64,000 nt of DNA. Origin: Hydrolagus affinis (Eukaryota). Both the position numbers and the translations under genes were made by a program. The notes beneath the pieces were generated by a model. That model was not told the DNA's origin and made no database searches. It saw nothing but the letters and a program-made list of their open reading frames with translations. The DNA is taken from positions 1 through 64,000 of the forward strand of contig JAAILG010000533.1 of NCBI GenBank assembly GCA_012026655.1, written 5' to 3'. Every line of letters begins with the position of its first letter. Position 1 is the stretch's first letter. Positions 1-16,100 of this stretch are shown here, one piece after another.

Positions 1-140
1 GACAGCGCGCCGGCCGCCCCTCCTGTTTACTGTATTTCCGAGGCTCAAAATTTCTTGTACCTGCGTATAGGGCGCACCCCCAACTTTCGAGATCTTCCGA
101 CGTGAAAAAAAGTGCGCCTTATACGCGGAGATATACGGTA
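1..140. mobile_element. Terminal part of a pogo/Tigger-like (Tc1/mariner superfamily) DNA transposon or MITE
   Basis: CpG-rich segment ending ...GTGCGCCTTATACGCGGAGATATACGGTA, which resembles a pogo-type terminal inverted repeat plus TA. The other end is outside the window. Confidence 0.55.
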
Positions 141-1193
141 TCTTGTTACCTACATTTCTTCCCAGGCTGCTTCACCTTTATTTGAAATGGAAGCAAATAT
201 GTGCTCCCTTGACAAACATTGCTGCCTTCTTTGACAGTACCGTTTATAAACTAAGAGTAACATCAACAGTCTCAATAAATACAATTCTTGTTTACTGCTT
301 GCAAATTTGTTAAGCACACGTTTGGATTACTACACAACTAATTTCTTTTTAGAGGTTATAGGTTCATATCATAGTTGTTTTAAGTGAAAATCTTCATTTA
401 AGTGCTATGTGTAAATGTGGCACTTGTTCATTGGAATTTGCAGCAAGATTTTAAGACACCTATAATACAAAAAGACCTGATAAAGGTTAAACAGTTAGTA
501 ATAGTTGGAGTGAGTCGATAATGCAGATTGGAGAGAAAAGCGCGATTGAAGAAAGTATTGTTTTTGTTGTAAACCCACATCTGAGTCTATTCTTTATCTT
601 AGCATTTGGCTGCTGCGTTTTGCTTACAAATATACAGTCAATTCACTTTACACTATATTCTGTGAAGCACCTTAAGACATCTAGAAGATGTGAAAAGCAC
701 TGTATCAAATGCAAGTATTATTATTATTCTACAGCAACCCTAACACAGCAACCCCAAATATATCTCCATAGACAATACCACTTTACTATTCACTTTAAAA
801 TGGAGGACTTTTGCAGCACTGTATATTCTATGGTGATAGGTTTGAGAGACACACAGATGTTGGCTGTGTTAAGATGCTACCCTGCATGAAAGTGAGTTGT
901 TATTGTTGTAGTCGTCAACACTCAGAACACTGGATTTAAAATGCTGCTTGTTGTGTGGGGAGGATGTTAGGGATGAGATCAGATAGCCAAATGTCCTTCT
1001 TCATGGAAACTGAACTTTTGAATAAGCATATACTTGTGAATAAGTAGTTCATTTTAAAACAATTTAAAGCATATACAGTTTTTTAAGACATTTTTTTTAT
1101 AAAATAGTCTAAGAATCTATCAGCCTGTGGATGATAGAGATAGTTTAGAATATTTTCAATTCTCAATTATTTTTATATTCCAATGAAACTTAC

Positions 1194-4100
1194 ATTTTCA
1201 TTATTGATCAAGCAACCAACACTTTGCAATGGACAAAATGCATTAAATTGCACATAAAATTCTCCAGTTTCAGGAATCCAGATCATAGTGTGTGTTTGTT
1301 CTTGAGTAATCACATTCACTGTTGCTCCCTTCAATATAAAAATTGATAAAATATTGTCAGATTGTGTCAGAAGAGCATCTGGACCAGCAATTCAAAGACC
1401 AAGGAAAGCAACAGCATCCTTAAACTTAAGGAAAGAACCACTTTTTGCTCATGGATTTAGCCTATAAATCCCCAAGACAAGCATACAATGCAAGAAAATA
1501 AACACAACATATATCATAGTAATTGAGAGCAACAAGGGTCCTTTCACAAATATAAAAGTTTGATTTATGCAAGTAAATTAAGGAACAATTTGTAAATACT
1601 GTACTCACTGTGAGAACTGAGTTTCCTAAGACTATGAAAGCCTTCATCCCCATGTGCAAGAAGTAATTACAAAGAAGGACTGCATGTTCTGCTTCATCTC
1701 CAACTGCCAGGTTAAGAAATTGCTAAATGGAACCCACAATAATTTGAGGTATTATTTGATTATCTTCATGTCAATAATATATCCTTTCAGAATCTTTTCA
1801 AATTCTCAAGATTCTGTTATTTTTCATCTTATTTTTCTTCTCTGTTCCTTTGAAAAAATATTCCAATATTTTAAGCCTACTATCATAACGATAACTCTTT
1901 ATTCCTAATATCATCCATTCCTCAATCCTAATGTCATCATTGTATATCTCCGCTTTACATTTTTCATGTTACTGACGACTTTGCTATAATGGAATGATCA
2001 AAACTCCATGCACAATGTTAACTGTGGCCTAGGCACTGTCTTGTATAAAATGAATTAAATATTTCACTTTGCATTCACAATATGAAATCAAGAATCCCAT
2101 TTGCTTTTTCATAACTCTTTTGACCTGCTGGATAGTGCTTTCAGCAGTAGACTGTTACAAAACAACTGAACTGGCATCCAAAAATATGAGCTGCTGAAAT
2201 AGCACAAAAATCCCTTTCCTTTTATTCTTTTCGCCAACAACGACAACTTGGATTCATATAGTGCCCTAGCCATTAGATAATGTTAAGCAGCTCTATCCCA
2301 TGTTTGTTTGAGAATCCACAAAGTATTTTTCATTTACCTGTGATGTTAACCAAATATTGCAGCTATTAGAAATTCTCAGACTATCTGGAATAAATGGAAT
2401 CAAGGACACAAATCTAGCTATAAGTCTCTGAAATGTAAAACAAAACACACAATTTAATACTAATGCTGATCACATTTAGATATTTCAAAAACTGTAACTC
2501 AATTTACTTGATGTTACTTAAGAAACAGCACAGATTGTTAAAGACCTATTCATGCAGTAATATATATTGTTGAAATATTCATATAAATAAATTGTAAAGT
2601 TAAATCAGAGGTAGTAAATTATTCTGTAAGTTAAACATACAGACATATGAGATGTCAGAGCAGCAAATTCTATTAGTTTCTTGAGAAATAAAAACTTGAT
2701 ACCAAAGTTCCTTGTGAATTCCTAGGAAAAACCTCCAACAATTGTTGTGGTGGGGCCAATGGCCTAATATATCTTGTGATAAGCCCAACTCTGCATTCGC
2801 TATCGATGACACTGGTAATAAGTCTTCTCTTTGGAAAAAGATTTTCACATTCCTTTTGAAATTTATAGGCCAACTGGGTAATCTTCTCATCTTCAATTGT
2901 TTCCAGCTAAAATGAAGGTCAATACATTTAATAGAACAAAATCCTGTATTAACAGGTAATTACATAAATGGATTGGCACATACATTAGAAATGTGATTTT
3001 TAAATGTTACTCGCCTGCAACAAAGGTGAATGTTGATCTTCCTGAGGCAAAATGAAATATATTAATAGCATACTCAGAAAACAAATAATTGAAATTCCAG
3101 TCAAGATAATATCACACTTATGTTAACTACTTTTCTTTTAAAGCCCTCCATGGCCTTGCCCCAGCCTACCTCTGCGTCCTCCTAACCCCCTACCAACCTG
3201 TCCGCTCCCTCCACTCAGTGGGCTTCGACCTGTTCCACGTGCTCTGACCCATCCGCCCCACCATCGGTGGGCAAGCCTTCAGCCATTCTACCTTCAACCT
3301 TTGGAATTCCATCCTGCAATCCCTCTGCCTCGCTCCCCATTCTCCCTAGGCTCCTTCATGATCTACCTCAAGACCCTCCTCTTCGACCGTGCCATCGGTC
3401 ACCTCCCTTCCTCCACACCCTCCATGATCCTGACCCCAGCTCAAGTCCAAAACACTAACTGTCCAGCACTTTGGGACGTCCTCCTGAAGTGAAAGGCGCT
3501 AAATGTAATTTTGTTGTTGTTCTATCTCACAAAGGTATGAATGTCAACATGTTACTTGGTGTTCTAAAAAGTCATATTTTTATTTAGTTTTTCCAAATGT
3601 TTTCAAAAGTTACTTCTTCCACAATAAAATTAAAACTTACTTCATCCGGACATGAAATCTGAGGATCCAGAGTAATAAAAATTGTTAAAAGGGATCCCTC
3701 CATAACACCAAATTCAAAATATTCTTCACAAGACTCTGCATCTTTTTTCTTCCAGGTATATCCGAGTAACATTGGTGGGGTATTCATTTTGAATGTCCCA
3801 CTGACCTGAAATCATGCAGCAAGTATAACAATTTATATACATTCACATTTTATCTATAAAATGTTTTAAAACTTTTCTAGAAGGGTTGTTCTGTTGTAAT
3901 TCTATTAAAACCAGTACCTTTGATTGCTGGAGGATAGTATTAAATGGGATAGTCATGGATCCCAGCCAATATTTAATATGCGGCTTAACAGTGCAACTCT
4001 TGTAATTGTCAACCTATGATAAAAAAAATTGTCTATTAGTTCCACACAATAATAGTGATGTGTTGAAATGTGTCATAAACTGGGTATGGAAAAAGACGGT

Positions 4101-7100
4101 TAACACAATATAAATTGCATCACAACCAGGCAAGAGCACAATAATCACCGTTCACATGGAGATTTAAATATGGTGAAGCTACCTATAGTGCAGAAATGTT
4201 GTGATCTCCAACTGTTTATCAATAACTTTTGACTTTAACTTTTGTATTTAAGCAACTCTTAAGTTTAGAAAAATAATTAATAAAAAAAAGTAAGATAGTT
4301 CTGATCTACTACATACAATATAAGAGTCAACATCCTTATTCTATTCCATGTGTTACTCAAAATATATTGAATTACCTCTATGTTATCCAAAATTACACTA
4401 TCAAATACATTGATGAATATTTTATCCTGCATTTTGCATAAAGTTGTACCATTGTAATCTCCATTCAGGGATCTGTAATCAAATACATTTATTCTTATTA
4501 AACTTGGAAACATTTTATTATTCTATTGGCTCAAACTGCTTGAAAATTTGCATTTAATGATTTACAATTCAAGATATCTGGATAGCTTCTGTATGATGAT
4601 AACATGTGTCTGTCCATAGCTGAGCAAATTTTTTTTTAATGTTGGGTGATAACCAGCCTTGTTCTCCAACAGGTATAAGTGAAGTTTTTTTATGTAATCA
4701 GAATCTCTTAGCGAGCTTGGGGACTATTGGTCCACTCTATGTAAAAGCTCTTCTAACAACACTTTGCATTTATATAGCGCCTTCCATATGGGATAGCATC
4801 TCAGAGCACTTCTATGACGTTTTTAAGGTGCATGCTCATAATTTGGTGACCAAACAACCAAACAAAATGAATAACCAAAATTACTCAAAGACTGTTTCTT
4901 CTTAGAGATACAATTTTAAAATTATTGAATTAATACTCATTGAACAGTTATAATATAAAATATTGAAGAGAATAAGTATCTGTAACAAATAGAATATTGA
5001 AATAATACTTGAAATCCACTTCAAGCTTTTGATTCCAACATGGCTGGGTTCCATCAGCAATACTTGTCTGATATATTGATCGTTGAAATGATACTTCTAC
5101 AAAAGGTTGGACTCGAATCTGCAGAAGATAAAAAATACAATTAATTTATTTAAAGCAATGTCATTATCCTCCCTAATAGTACACTTTGAAGTAAGCCCTG
5201 TTTATGGTTTAATAAGAAGATTCTAAAATGCTTCATGCTAGAATTTATCTAGGTGAAGAGAAAATTTAAGTATTAGGGGAAAAAATTATTAAAGCAATGA
5301 TAAATCAATATGATTATCAAATTCTACAAAATATACGTACTAGGCACTGCTAAAACAACGTTTTTACTGGAAATATGTCTAAGCAAAGCCCTAAGACATC
5401 TGAGTCCAGGCTTGTTGCCTTATTCCTTTAATTTCCCACTGTCTTTATTCCCTATTCCTTTTTGATTAATAGATTTTAACCTGATAAAAAGGATCCTCTT
5501 CACCCCTAGGCTTGTTGTAATGGCCCCCAGTGGTGATTCCAGCCATTGGGGAGAATGATCGAATTGGTACCCTGAAATGAAAACAAAATGTATTATATGA
5601 ACCAGAAAGAATGACTACAGTACCCCTGGCCAGTCTGAAAGATCAAAGCATTTTGGGAATGACCAGAATCGAAAATGTTCCTTTAAGTAGATAATAATAA
5701 TAATCCTTGCATTTTTATATAGCATTTTTCGAGTCTTCTAGATGACTCAAAGCACTTCACAGGAGATACTGTAATGTAAATTGATTGTGTATTTATGGGC
5801 GAAATGTAATAACATAGAAAGTATACTTTACAACAATCACAACAATAAAAATCTGTTGTGATACAGGGGAACCTTTATCTGATCATTCTTTTTTCATGTC
5901 CAATTCAAAAAAGAAATGTTAAAAAATGAGAATACGGGTCAATTTGATGATACAGTATTTCTTAATTAAGGGATTTCTTAAACACACAATATTCTATAGA
6001 GTGGAGTGAATGTCTACTTTGTGGACAAACGCAGCAGCCAATTTTTTGCACAATATCCCACCAATAGCCTTGAAGTGAACAACCAATTTTAGTTTGTAGC
6101 TATATTTTCTGTCTTATATATTTCCTGGTTAATGTATAGAATGGGAAATGATACCAATCAGCATAATTTGCTGTGAAAACATTGACTGAGCATCAAGCTA
6201 GATACATTCTGTGAATTGTTTTTACCTGTAAATGCATTTCCTCATTGGTATATTATATCCTGCTATTATGTTGATGAGCAATTTGATATCACCATCAGAC
6301 AGGGTCTGTGCAGGGACTCTTTTTCTCTCCTTTCGCAGTGGTTTCAAATTTTGTCGAGGTGTAATCAAATTAAGGAAGGCACTGCTTATTATGCTTTAAC
6401 AAAATTTAAATATAATATTTTAGTAACATTTTGATGTTAGTATAGATTTAATACATTCAATTCCAACAAGGAAATTAATAATAATTGGGCGAAACCTCAG
6501 GCAAGTTTTCTTACTCCATACATCAAATAATAATTCCTCAAGAAAAAAAATAATAAATTGGTCACTTCAATCCATGACTGTTTGTGGGACACTGCTGCGC
6601 ACAATTGGCTGCTGCATTTTGCTCATGAATACACATTCAATTCACTTTACAATATATTCTGTGAAGCACTTTGAGACGTCTAGAAGATGTGAAAAGCGCT
6701 ATCTCAAATGCAAGGTTTATTATTATTAAGGAAAAACAGCAGGTCTTGTTTTTTTTAAAAAAAATTAGAATTGTTACACCAAACCTATTTATACAGAATT
6801 CACATATAGTAAACATCCTTTGAGAGTTTTGAATCCTGCTGAAATAAAAAAAAACCTGAATTTGCACCTGTACATCAAAAAAAAGCTTTGAAATAATAAT
6901 GGTAATGCTTGCATTTGATATTGTGCCTTAGCATGTCTTTGAGACATCTGAAAATGCTTCATAGAATATAGTGTAAAGTGAATTGATTGTATATTTTGTG
7001 GGCGAAACATGGCAGCCAATTGTGTACAGCAGTGTCCCACAAAGTGGTGAATTGAGTGACCAAATAATTTTATTATATTTTGAAGGGATTATTAACCCGG

Positions 7101-10100
7101 AAAAGGACAAACAACCAAGTTCCTACTGAGTTAGGTTGATAGAGGTGTGTGGAGTAAGGAAATTTGCCCAACGTTTTGCCATGCCCAGGAATCAAACCTA
7201 GGTTATCTTTTTTGAGGGGCGACTAAGCAACAGGACTCCACATGCTTTATGTGTTTTAAACTTATAAGTTTACTGAGTATAGTTTTTTGACAATATCTTT
7301 TTTATACAGTACATTATACAATATATTTATACAGTCCTTTTTATGCAGTATTTTATACATTACACAGTACATTATAGCAAGATTATAATGATTTATCACT
7401 ACAAATGCAACATCAAAGTCTTAAACAGTTAAAATAATTTGAAAAAGGAGAATCAGTACTGCACAATTTATATCCACACTTTATTAATTTATTCAATCAA
7501 CTGTTATTGGATATTTATGCACCAGTTCTCATTGCAATACTGTTAATATATAAAAACACAATAATCATGAAATAAAACATTTTATCTAGTGACAGTTGAG
7601 AAAATAAAGGACATGTTTATTTAAACCAGTTAGATATTTTTACATGATTCAACAAATACATGAAGATCTTACCTTATGGTAGAAACTTCAGCGCTTTCAA
7701 CAACAATATCAGATAATGTGTATTGATATTTAACCCTCAAAAGTCGTTTTAGAATAGTTGCTTTTACCTTTAATATAATAATATCGATAGTTATAAAACT
7801 TCAAAGTAAATAAAAAGAATTTGTCAAAATAACAACGATGTTAAATTTCCTACGTTATCTATTTTATATCATGTCTATCTGTGATAGTTTATCTGGGGTA
7901 TGCCGCTTACATTATCTTTAAATTATTCACCAAAACATTTTAAATATTTCAAAAGCATCAGGTGAGAGTTAAACAGAATAATTTCCATGAAACACCTCAT
8001 TAATTACAATCTTCCCTTGACTTTTTTCCAACGTTATTGCTTCTTTTTCAGTTGAAGAAGAATACACATTCTCAGTGTATACTGCACATTTTGCAGAAAG
8101 TCAGATATCTAAAACTAGGTGTACTCAAGATTAATGGTCAGCCTTCTCGAATAGAGTTGAGGAAAACATTTCTTCACACAGAGGGTAATTAATTTATGGA
8201 ATTCTCTACCCCAGAAGGCTGTGGATGCTCAGTCCTTGAACATATTGAAGACTGAGATTGACAGATTTCTGATGGATATTGGGATTAAAGAATATGGGGA
8301 TAGGGCAGGTAAATCGAATTAAGTTAGAAGATCAGCCATGATCTTATTGAATGGTGGGGCAGGCTCGAGGGGCTGAATGCCAAACTCCTGCTCCTATTTC
8401 TTATATTCGTATGATAATTCATCCCAAATAACACAAAATAGATCAACCCTGAACAGTACAATAAATATGTAGGTGAATGGTCCCAAAGCTGTGAGTCTGC
8501 CCTGAGAAAGATTTTTGTCAAAACAAAATACCTACAAGTGAAGAGAATTGTTTTAGAATTGATTCCTTGAAAACACCCTAAAAATTTGAAGGGACCATTT
8601 TTTTAAATAATCATACGGCTTACTCTATAATAGAAATTTTAAATTACTATTTAGTGGAATTCCATACTTCGTTAAGAATGCATAGAACTGCTCTCAACCC
8701 GGCCATTAGAATTGTCAAATCTAAAATACTGCAATTTCCATTATACTTTTTATAGCAATAGCAAAACATTGTATGAAATTATTTTACTGGATTACAAGAT
8801 ACAAATGATTTTATCCACACAATTTACTACCTTTTCCAAGTATTTAATGGCCATTATTTTTTGTTCACCTATGGTGTCTTCACCAGTAATAACAAAAACG
8901 TCATCCTTTTGGCTTTCAACATCCTAAAAAAACATAAAATACTATTTCATCTTGATGAAATTTACTATTTTCTATAAAAGGGATAAATAATAAATGATGC
9001 TAAAAGAGAGCATGGCAACACTTTGTAGATAAACAAACATGTTTTTTCTTTTTTTTCAGCCTTGTCTTCATATGCACTTATATTAAAATGTTTGTGTTAT
9101 GCTTTATAGGTATTTTAAATGCTTTCATCCATTTTAATTTTATTAAATCAGAATTATTTTCCTTGCGTGCCATGCAAGAATTCCTAATGAAGAAAGAAAA
9201 CTTATGACTTAGTACCAGGCCAGGTCATTTTATATTGGTATATGATTGGTGCACAATTCCATTATCTTATGAACATTTAAAAATACATATTGATAGATTT
9301 TAAATTTGGGGGAAAATTATACCTGAAAGATGCTGTCAGGTATTTCTCTATCATATGGAGGCACTTGCTTAAAGTATGAATATTCAGCAACTCCAGAATC
9401 TCTAAGTAATAACAGCAGAAAACGTTTAGATTTCTCCATCTCTTTATCTGTAACAAAGTTAAACTCTTCTTGCATTTGTTCTAATCGAAAGTATTCAAGA
9501 GCATGTTGATCTGCACCACTTTTATACTGTAGTGAAAGGAAAACACCAATAGCAAACATGAACGTTAATGAATGTAATTTGTGTATTTTAAGGCATGGAT
9601 TTTTATTTACAGAATCTTACAGCAATCTTTCATGAAATGAAAAGGTATATATCACAATAATTAAAAAAGGAAATAGAGGATTTGTTTTGCGATTTAATAA
9701 ATAGCAATAGATGCTACACTAACCTCAATTAATTGCATCAGGCTTGAATTCTGTGGATCATGTGGATCAATTCTAGCTTTTTTTGCCCAGTCAGCAAGTT
9801 TCTGTACATCATTCAACCAGGATACCCCAATTGATGCAATAGCATCAATGGCATTTAGGTCACTGAAATTAGATACAATTTACAATTGTTTTCAGAACAT
9901 ATTTATTTACCATCAATAAATTTATTTTTCTAGCTGTCTCTTAAACTGTTTTTTCCTCTATTTCTTAATTTGTCTGCCTGACTTTCCCTGATTCAATCTC
10001 CAACTTTTTGACAGACCTGTTCCCTCTGTTTGATTCTCTGTTTCGTGTGTTTATCTCTCCGTCTCTATAATCCTGTACATATCTCTAAAAATGTAAATTT

Positions 10101-13100
10101 GTGCTGTTGGATAACAGTGACACTGAAGCAAAATTGTGTTATTATAATAATAATCCTTGATATTGAGCTTCATATCATAAGATATTAGGAATTCTGGCAA
10201 GCGATTCCCAGCAGGGTGAAACCATGGGCAAGTTTCCTACTCCACATGCCTGATAATAATCCCTCAAGAAAAAAAGAACAACAATAATTTGGTCACTCAA
10301 TCCATAATTGTTTGTGCACAGACTGCTGCGCACAATTAGCTGCTGCATTTTGCCCACAAAATGTACAGTCAATTACTTTACACTATATTCTGTAAAGCGC
10401 TTTGAGACATCTCGAGGAAGTGAAAAGCACTATATCAAATGCAAGGATTATTATTTTATTATGTCTCAAAGTGTTTTGCAGGATACAGTTAAAAGTGTTG
10501 TAACTATATAATTGTAGGCATTTCAGAACACTAACATCTTTACATCTTTGTAAATTGAAATGAATAATTATTTTACAATTATTGTACAGTATTTGATATG
10601 CAGACTTACTTCTCTATAAAGGCTTTTGGCCTTGGTGCAGGTGGTGCAAGCGCATTGCCATTTTTATCGATTCCCCATGATACATGACACGTTATAATTC
10701 CAGATGTCAATAAAAAAACTGGTTCAGAATTATCTTCATCCAAAAATAAAAGGGTATCTATGCATTGAAAACATGATTGATAATGAATGACAAAATACTG
10801 TTCAGTTATTTAATTTAGGCTGAATTTAATTCAGTTATAAAATCTGTTCAGTTATTTAATGTATCATGCCTAAAATTCAAATGTGAATATTACTCATTTA
10901 AACAGAAGTATTTGGAATTCTTAAAAGATGTATTCAGCAAAATGAATGTGTTTGTTTAATGTACTTGATTAAATTTGTGTCCCGTGCTTAGTACAAAGCA
11001 TCGTCTACACTGTGTTTGAATTATTCTGAAATCTGATCCAGTTATTTGACTTGCTTGAGTAGTCATGAAGGCAGACATCAAGTCCACATTGCCCTTTGAC
11101 AATTTGGGGCTTAGAGAGTTCGGGAATATAAGCAGCCTGTGACTCTACCCTACATAAGGGTCGCTGTATAAACAACAAGTTATTGTTGTTTTCTGCGGGT
11201 GCACCCTCATTCTCTCGTGGATTCAGTCTAATTCAGTTAACGGGGGTGAGAAGAGGTTAACCGACTCATTCCCCCAAAATCTAAAAAGTTGCAATTTGTA
11301 GAGGTATGCAGAAAAGACAGGATAGCATTGCTCTTTCAAAGAACCATTATACAAACATTGAGCTCCTTTGCTGTAAAATACTGTATCAAGCTTCTACATA
11401 ATCAGCAAGTTCTTAAGAATTTACTCACTGCTTCCAACCCCTTCATGGCTAGGTGAAACTGTTTCCTCACTGCTAAATTCTATCTCTTCCAAAACAGCAC
11501 TGCCTGTAAGCAATGTCACTTCAGGAATAGCTACAAACACATTCGCTAATACATTGTTCATTTTGCTTGTGACCTCATGTATCTAAAATGTAAAACAATT
11601 AGGTGAGTGAGAAATATTAAAGAAATATTGTGATCCCCGTCCTTAACTCCTTAAGTCCTTAACGATCATGAAAATTATATTTACTGATATACCTTACTGT
11701 TCTTTTATATAAATCTAATAAAAACCAATTTATGACTTTCAGGTGGTGGGAGGGAAGAGTAAGCAAGGTCTCTCTGGAGTTGAGTTAACTCCGATGTGGC
11801 ACAGATAGCAAAAAAAGCAATAGAGCACGGTCACCGTTTGTCAACAATGTTAAATGAAAAACTATTCTTCACACAAAATGAAAAAAAGTTAATGTTAGCA
11901 GCAAGTTTTCTTTTCAATTTAATGACACGGTATATGTTGTATTAAGCTTTGTGTCACTTATAAAACACTACATCCAGTTATAGTTCCAAATGCCACAACA
12001 GATCATTCTAAAAATCTATTCTCTTATCATGAGATTCTTATCATGTGTCAGCATTGGGATGTCCTCCTGACGTGAAAGGCGCTCTATAAATAAAATTTTG
12101 TTGTTGATGGGATTGGTGCATGACATGCTGATGCTGCCAGCGCCTGAGGTGTGGAGGCACTGACACGAGCCAATCAGGAGGGCCTCAGTCTTGCTGACGT
12201 TGAGCTGAAGAAGGATGCCCTTGTTCAGGACTCAATGTCAGACAGACAGGCTGTCAGATCACCGGAAGTCCTAAGTTAAAGGTGGAAGCAGAGCGATAGA
12301 GTTAGGTGTCATCCGCATACACGTGAAAATTTACCCCACATCTGCGGATGATGTCACCAAGGGGGTGCATATAGAGGGTGAAGAGGTGGGGACCAAGGAC
12401 AGAGCCCTGAGGAACGCCGCACAAGATGGTGCAGGGACTGGAGGAAAAGCCATTAGCAGACACAAAACGGAGACGGTGTGAAAGATAAGACCTGAACCTG
12501 TCAAGGACAGAACCTTGAAGTTGAGGTGGGAGGAGAGGCGGTGAGGTCCATGGTATTGAAGGTGGTGGATAGATCAAGGAGGATGAGGAGGCAGAGGGAA
12601 CCCTGGTCACAAATGGTCAGGACGTCATTTGTGACATTGACCAGAACAGTTTCCGTGATGTGGACAGGAAGGAAGCCCAATTTGAGGGGCTCATGGAGGG
12701 AGTGGGATGAGAGGAAAGAGCGAAGCTAGGAGGCAACGACTTTTTCAAGGACATTTGGCAGAAAAGGGAGGTTGGAGATGGGCCAGTAGCTTGAAAGCTG
12801 TGAAGCATTGAGGGAAGGTTTCTTCAGAATGTGGGTGATAGTGGCTGTTTTGAGGAGTGTGAAAATGGTGCGAGATGAGAGGGACAGGGACAGGTTGATA
12901 GCAAATCATTCCCAATTTGTAACTTAGTTTGAAGATTTCAGGATTGTTCAGAACATGTTCCACCTAGGTCAATGCAGTATAGATAATTCGAACTGGTAGA
13001 AATTGGGTTATAACTTGGATTTACATCCAAAATATTAAGTTATTTTCTGTTGAAAAACAAACACTTGGCATATCTTTCACAAAAGTGTATACAGTATTAT

Positions 13101-16100
13101 AATATAATATACAATGATAAACTTTAAAATATAATTGGAACACTTAAAAAATTCAAAGGCAATTACCTCCAGTCTAATACTTTCAGGATTGTTAATTATC
13201 TGAATGTTGAATATCTGCTTAAATTGAACACGAAAATCTAACTGTAATTTACAGACAGCAGTGGAAGAAACAAGTTTTTCATTGTAGAAAATATTAATAA
13301 AGAATTTATGTTCTTCTACTTCCATCCTTCTCTGTACTTCTTCCCTAAAATTAAATACAAATTGAACAATGGTGAATGAAACACTATTTTTCACACCAAA
13401 TGAAACATTTTTCATGTCAGTAGCAGGTTTCCTGTACAAATTAATTACACAGGATATGTTATATTTGTGTCACTTATAAAAATATGTACCGATTTGCTTG
13501 CAAGAAACAAATGTTAAAACATGGGGATTTCCTCAAATTTGTTATTTGAGTTAGCTATGGTTCTGATAAACCATGTTAACCTTATCAAAATACTATTAAT
13601 ATTTATGCTAAAATACTGAAAGACAATGCTGCATTTCCTGTACATCCAGTTTCCAACTTCAAGTTTTATTTTATCTCTGCAGAATTTAATGCCATCCTCA
13701 TTGTTCCCTTCTGTTTTGCTTCTAGATTTTGGGCAGGCCCACCTCACCCATGTCACAGTGAACAGAAATGCATATAGTATTTCAAGTGTGGCCTAATAAA
13801 CACTGTATGGCTTGAACACATAGCTTGTATGCTTTACAAAGATCAGTGGTAATAATGGGACTTTTGAATATAATGAAGAAATGGATCAGGTGACGACCAG
13901 ATGAGAGGTAGGGCAAAGGAGATTTGAGGCGGACCAGTTGGTGAGACACTCTTTAGATTCTTGCCTTCTACAATTTTATTAATATTTTGTAAACATGCTT
14001 GGTTCTATGAAATTCTTAATTACATTGTAAGCTTTCATTTTATGAACTAGCTAAGATGAAACAAATGAGCCCCCAAAAATGTAAAAACGTTGTAAAAATT
14101 ATTGAAAAACAAAGCATTTGCAGGTGGACTACATCCTGCAGTCCCTCCGCCTCGGCCCCTCTCTGGACTCCTTCAAGTCCTGCCTCAAGACCCTCCTCTT
14201 CAATGGTCCCATTGGTCACTCCAAATCCCCACCTTTCCCTCCACCCTTCCCATCCCTGACCCCAGCTTAGGCCTTAAAGTAACTTTAGGACGTCCTCCTG
14301 ACGTGAAAGGTGCTATACAAGTATAATTTTGTTGTTGTTGTTGAAGACATGGTGAACATACCTCCAAACAAACCAATGGTGCTTAGGAGAAGCTTTTATT
14401 CATATCATGCAGATGCAGGGAAAACTCATGTAGGTGACTCCAACAACATAACATGTGATGCCATATGAAAGAGAAATTTGTTTTTTTCCCCCCAGCAATT
14501 ACATTACCTTCTGTGTCAGCAAATCTGGATAGTTAAGCAATGTTGCTAGAACAGGAAATTAAGTGATTTATTGTGAAATGAACAAATCGTTGAAAAGGGA
14601 GCATTAACTTAGAATACAAATATACACACAGTACCAAAAACACTTTGATATTAGTGTTACATCCGTTGTCAGTGAAAGTTCAGGAATTAGAATCAGCTCA
14701 TCATATTGTCTAGAAATCATCTTATTTCTTTTTTTCACCATAGTTTCGACTGCTGCTCTATCGAGTGGAGCAGATGGTTCCAGTATTTTTTCTAGATCAT
14801 AGTCTGTATACGCATCAACTGATTCCTCTCCTTTTCCATATTCTTTGGTTCCCTGGTAATACATTAACATTTTAATGTATTTTTTTTTAAATGATAACTG
14901 AACCATTACATATTCTTATCCATTTATTGTATGAATGTTTCACAGTGGTCCAATGCTTCATGTTGTACAGAAGTTGCTAGCTAACATAAAAGGATAAGTT
15001 ACAAGGTTGTACACCAGTTCAGCTTCATTTACTAAAGTGAAAAAGTTGATTTCCACTTTAGAAAATCAAGCTGGAATGGTGTGCAACCTTGTAACTCGAT
15101 TTACAACATGTAAACCAGGACACATGCACATCCTGTTACTGAGATGTAAAAAGTGTTCCTGAATGGGGAATTGTGATTAAAATGAATGCATTCTAAATTC
15201 ATTTACTGCAAATGTAAAACTATGCAAAATAGCAATGGAGTTCATTGTCACTAACTCATTGAAATCACATGTTACAAATGATTACATGATTAATATGAAG
15301 TTTTGATCTGCATTCTTGTCCAGTGTGTGCTTCACAAATTCATAAAGAAATGGCCAGGAACCAGGCAATTCATGCACTCCAGAGCAATACTACATTTAAT
15401 GACAGCTTAACCACTGTTTAAATCAAGCAACCATTACAGAGTACAATATTCTGATCTGCACGCAATTGAGGTTATGGATCAGATCATTTCTTCTCACTGT
15501 AGTAAGTTGTTAGTGCCTTGGGACGTCCTCCCGACAGGAAAGGCTCTCTATAAATGTAATTTTGTTGTTTTATAAAGAAATAACAGATATATAGAAGGGA
15601 AATAAAACAAACAAAATTGAATCTTCCTGCAACCAGAAGTAAAACTATTCTGATGACATAGTATACAAATCTTAGGTCTGAGCACCATACATGCTACTTT
15701 CATTTTATAATTTACACTATGTATTTATATACCTGTTTCTTTTTCCATAATAGCATTTTTTCTTTATACACCTCCATTTCTTTCCTGTAAGTTTCTTGAA
15801 GTTCCTGTTCCTGTTCAATTATTTCTGCAAATAATTCCACTTTATGTTGGTTTTCAATTTCGTCGCGATCCACTTTCACTCTGTTTACAACAAATCAACT
15901 TGTATTTATAGCACGCTAATATAGTTTAAAAATTGATATTGTACTAGGTACGAGAAAACATCTGATTCATTTCATCAGTAAGGTATATTCTTTACAGCTA
16001 GTTCTAATAATTTTAAAATGATTGATTACAAAAGAAATGAACGCACAGATTTCAAAACTGTATAGAACAAACTTGAATTTCTAAAGTGCCTTACGCTTAA

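Noticed and set aside
521-889. 122-aa ORF and many similar 60-165 aa ORFs (e.g. 10308-10511, 25225-25722)
   Set aside because: They are translations of the SINE family or AT-rich intron, with no protein signature or splice support.
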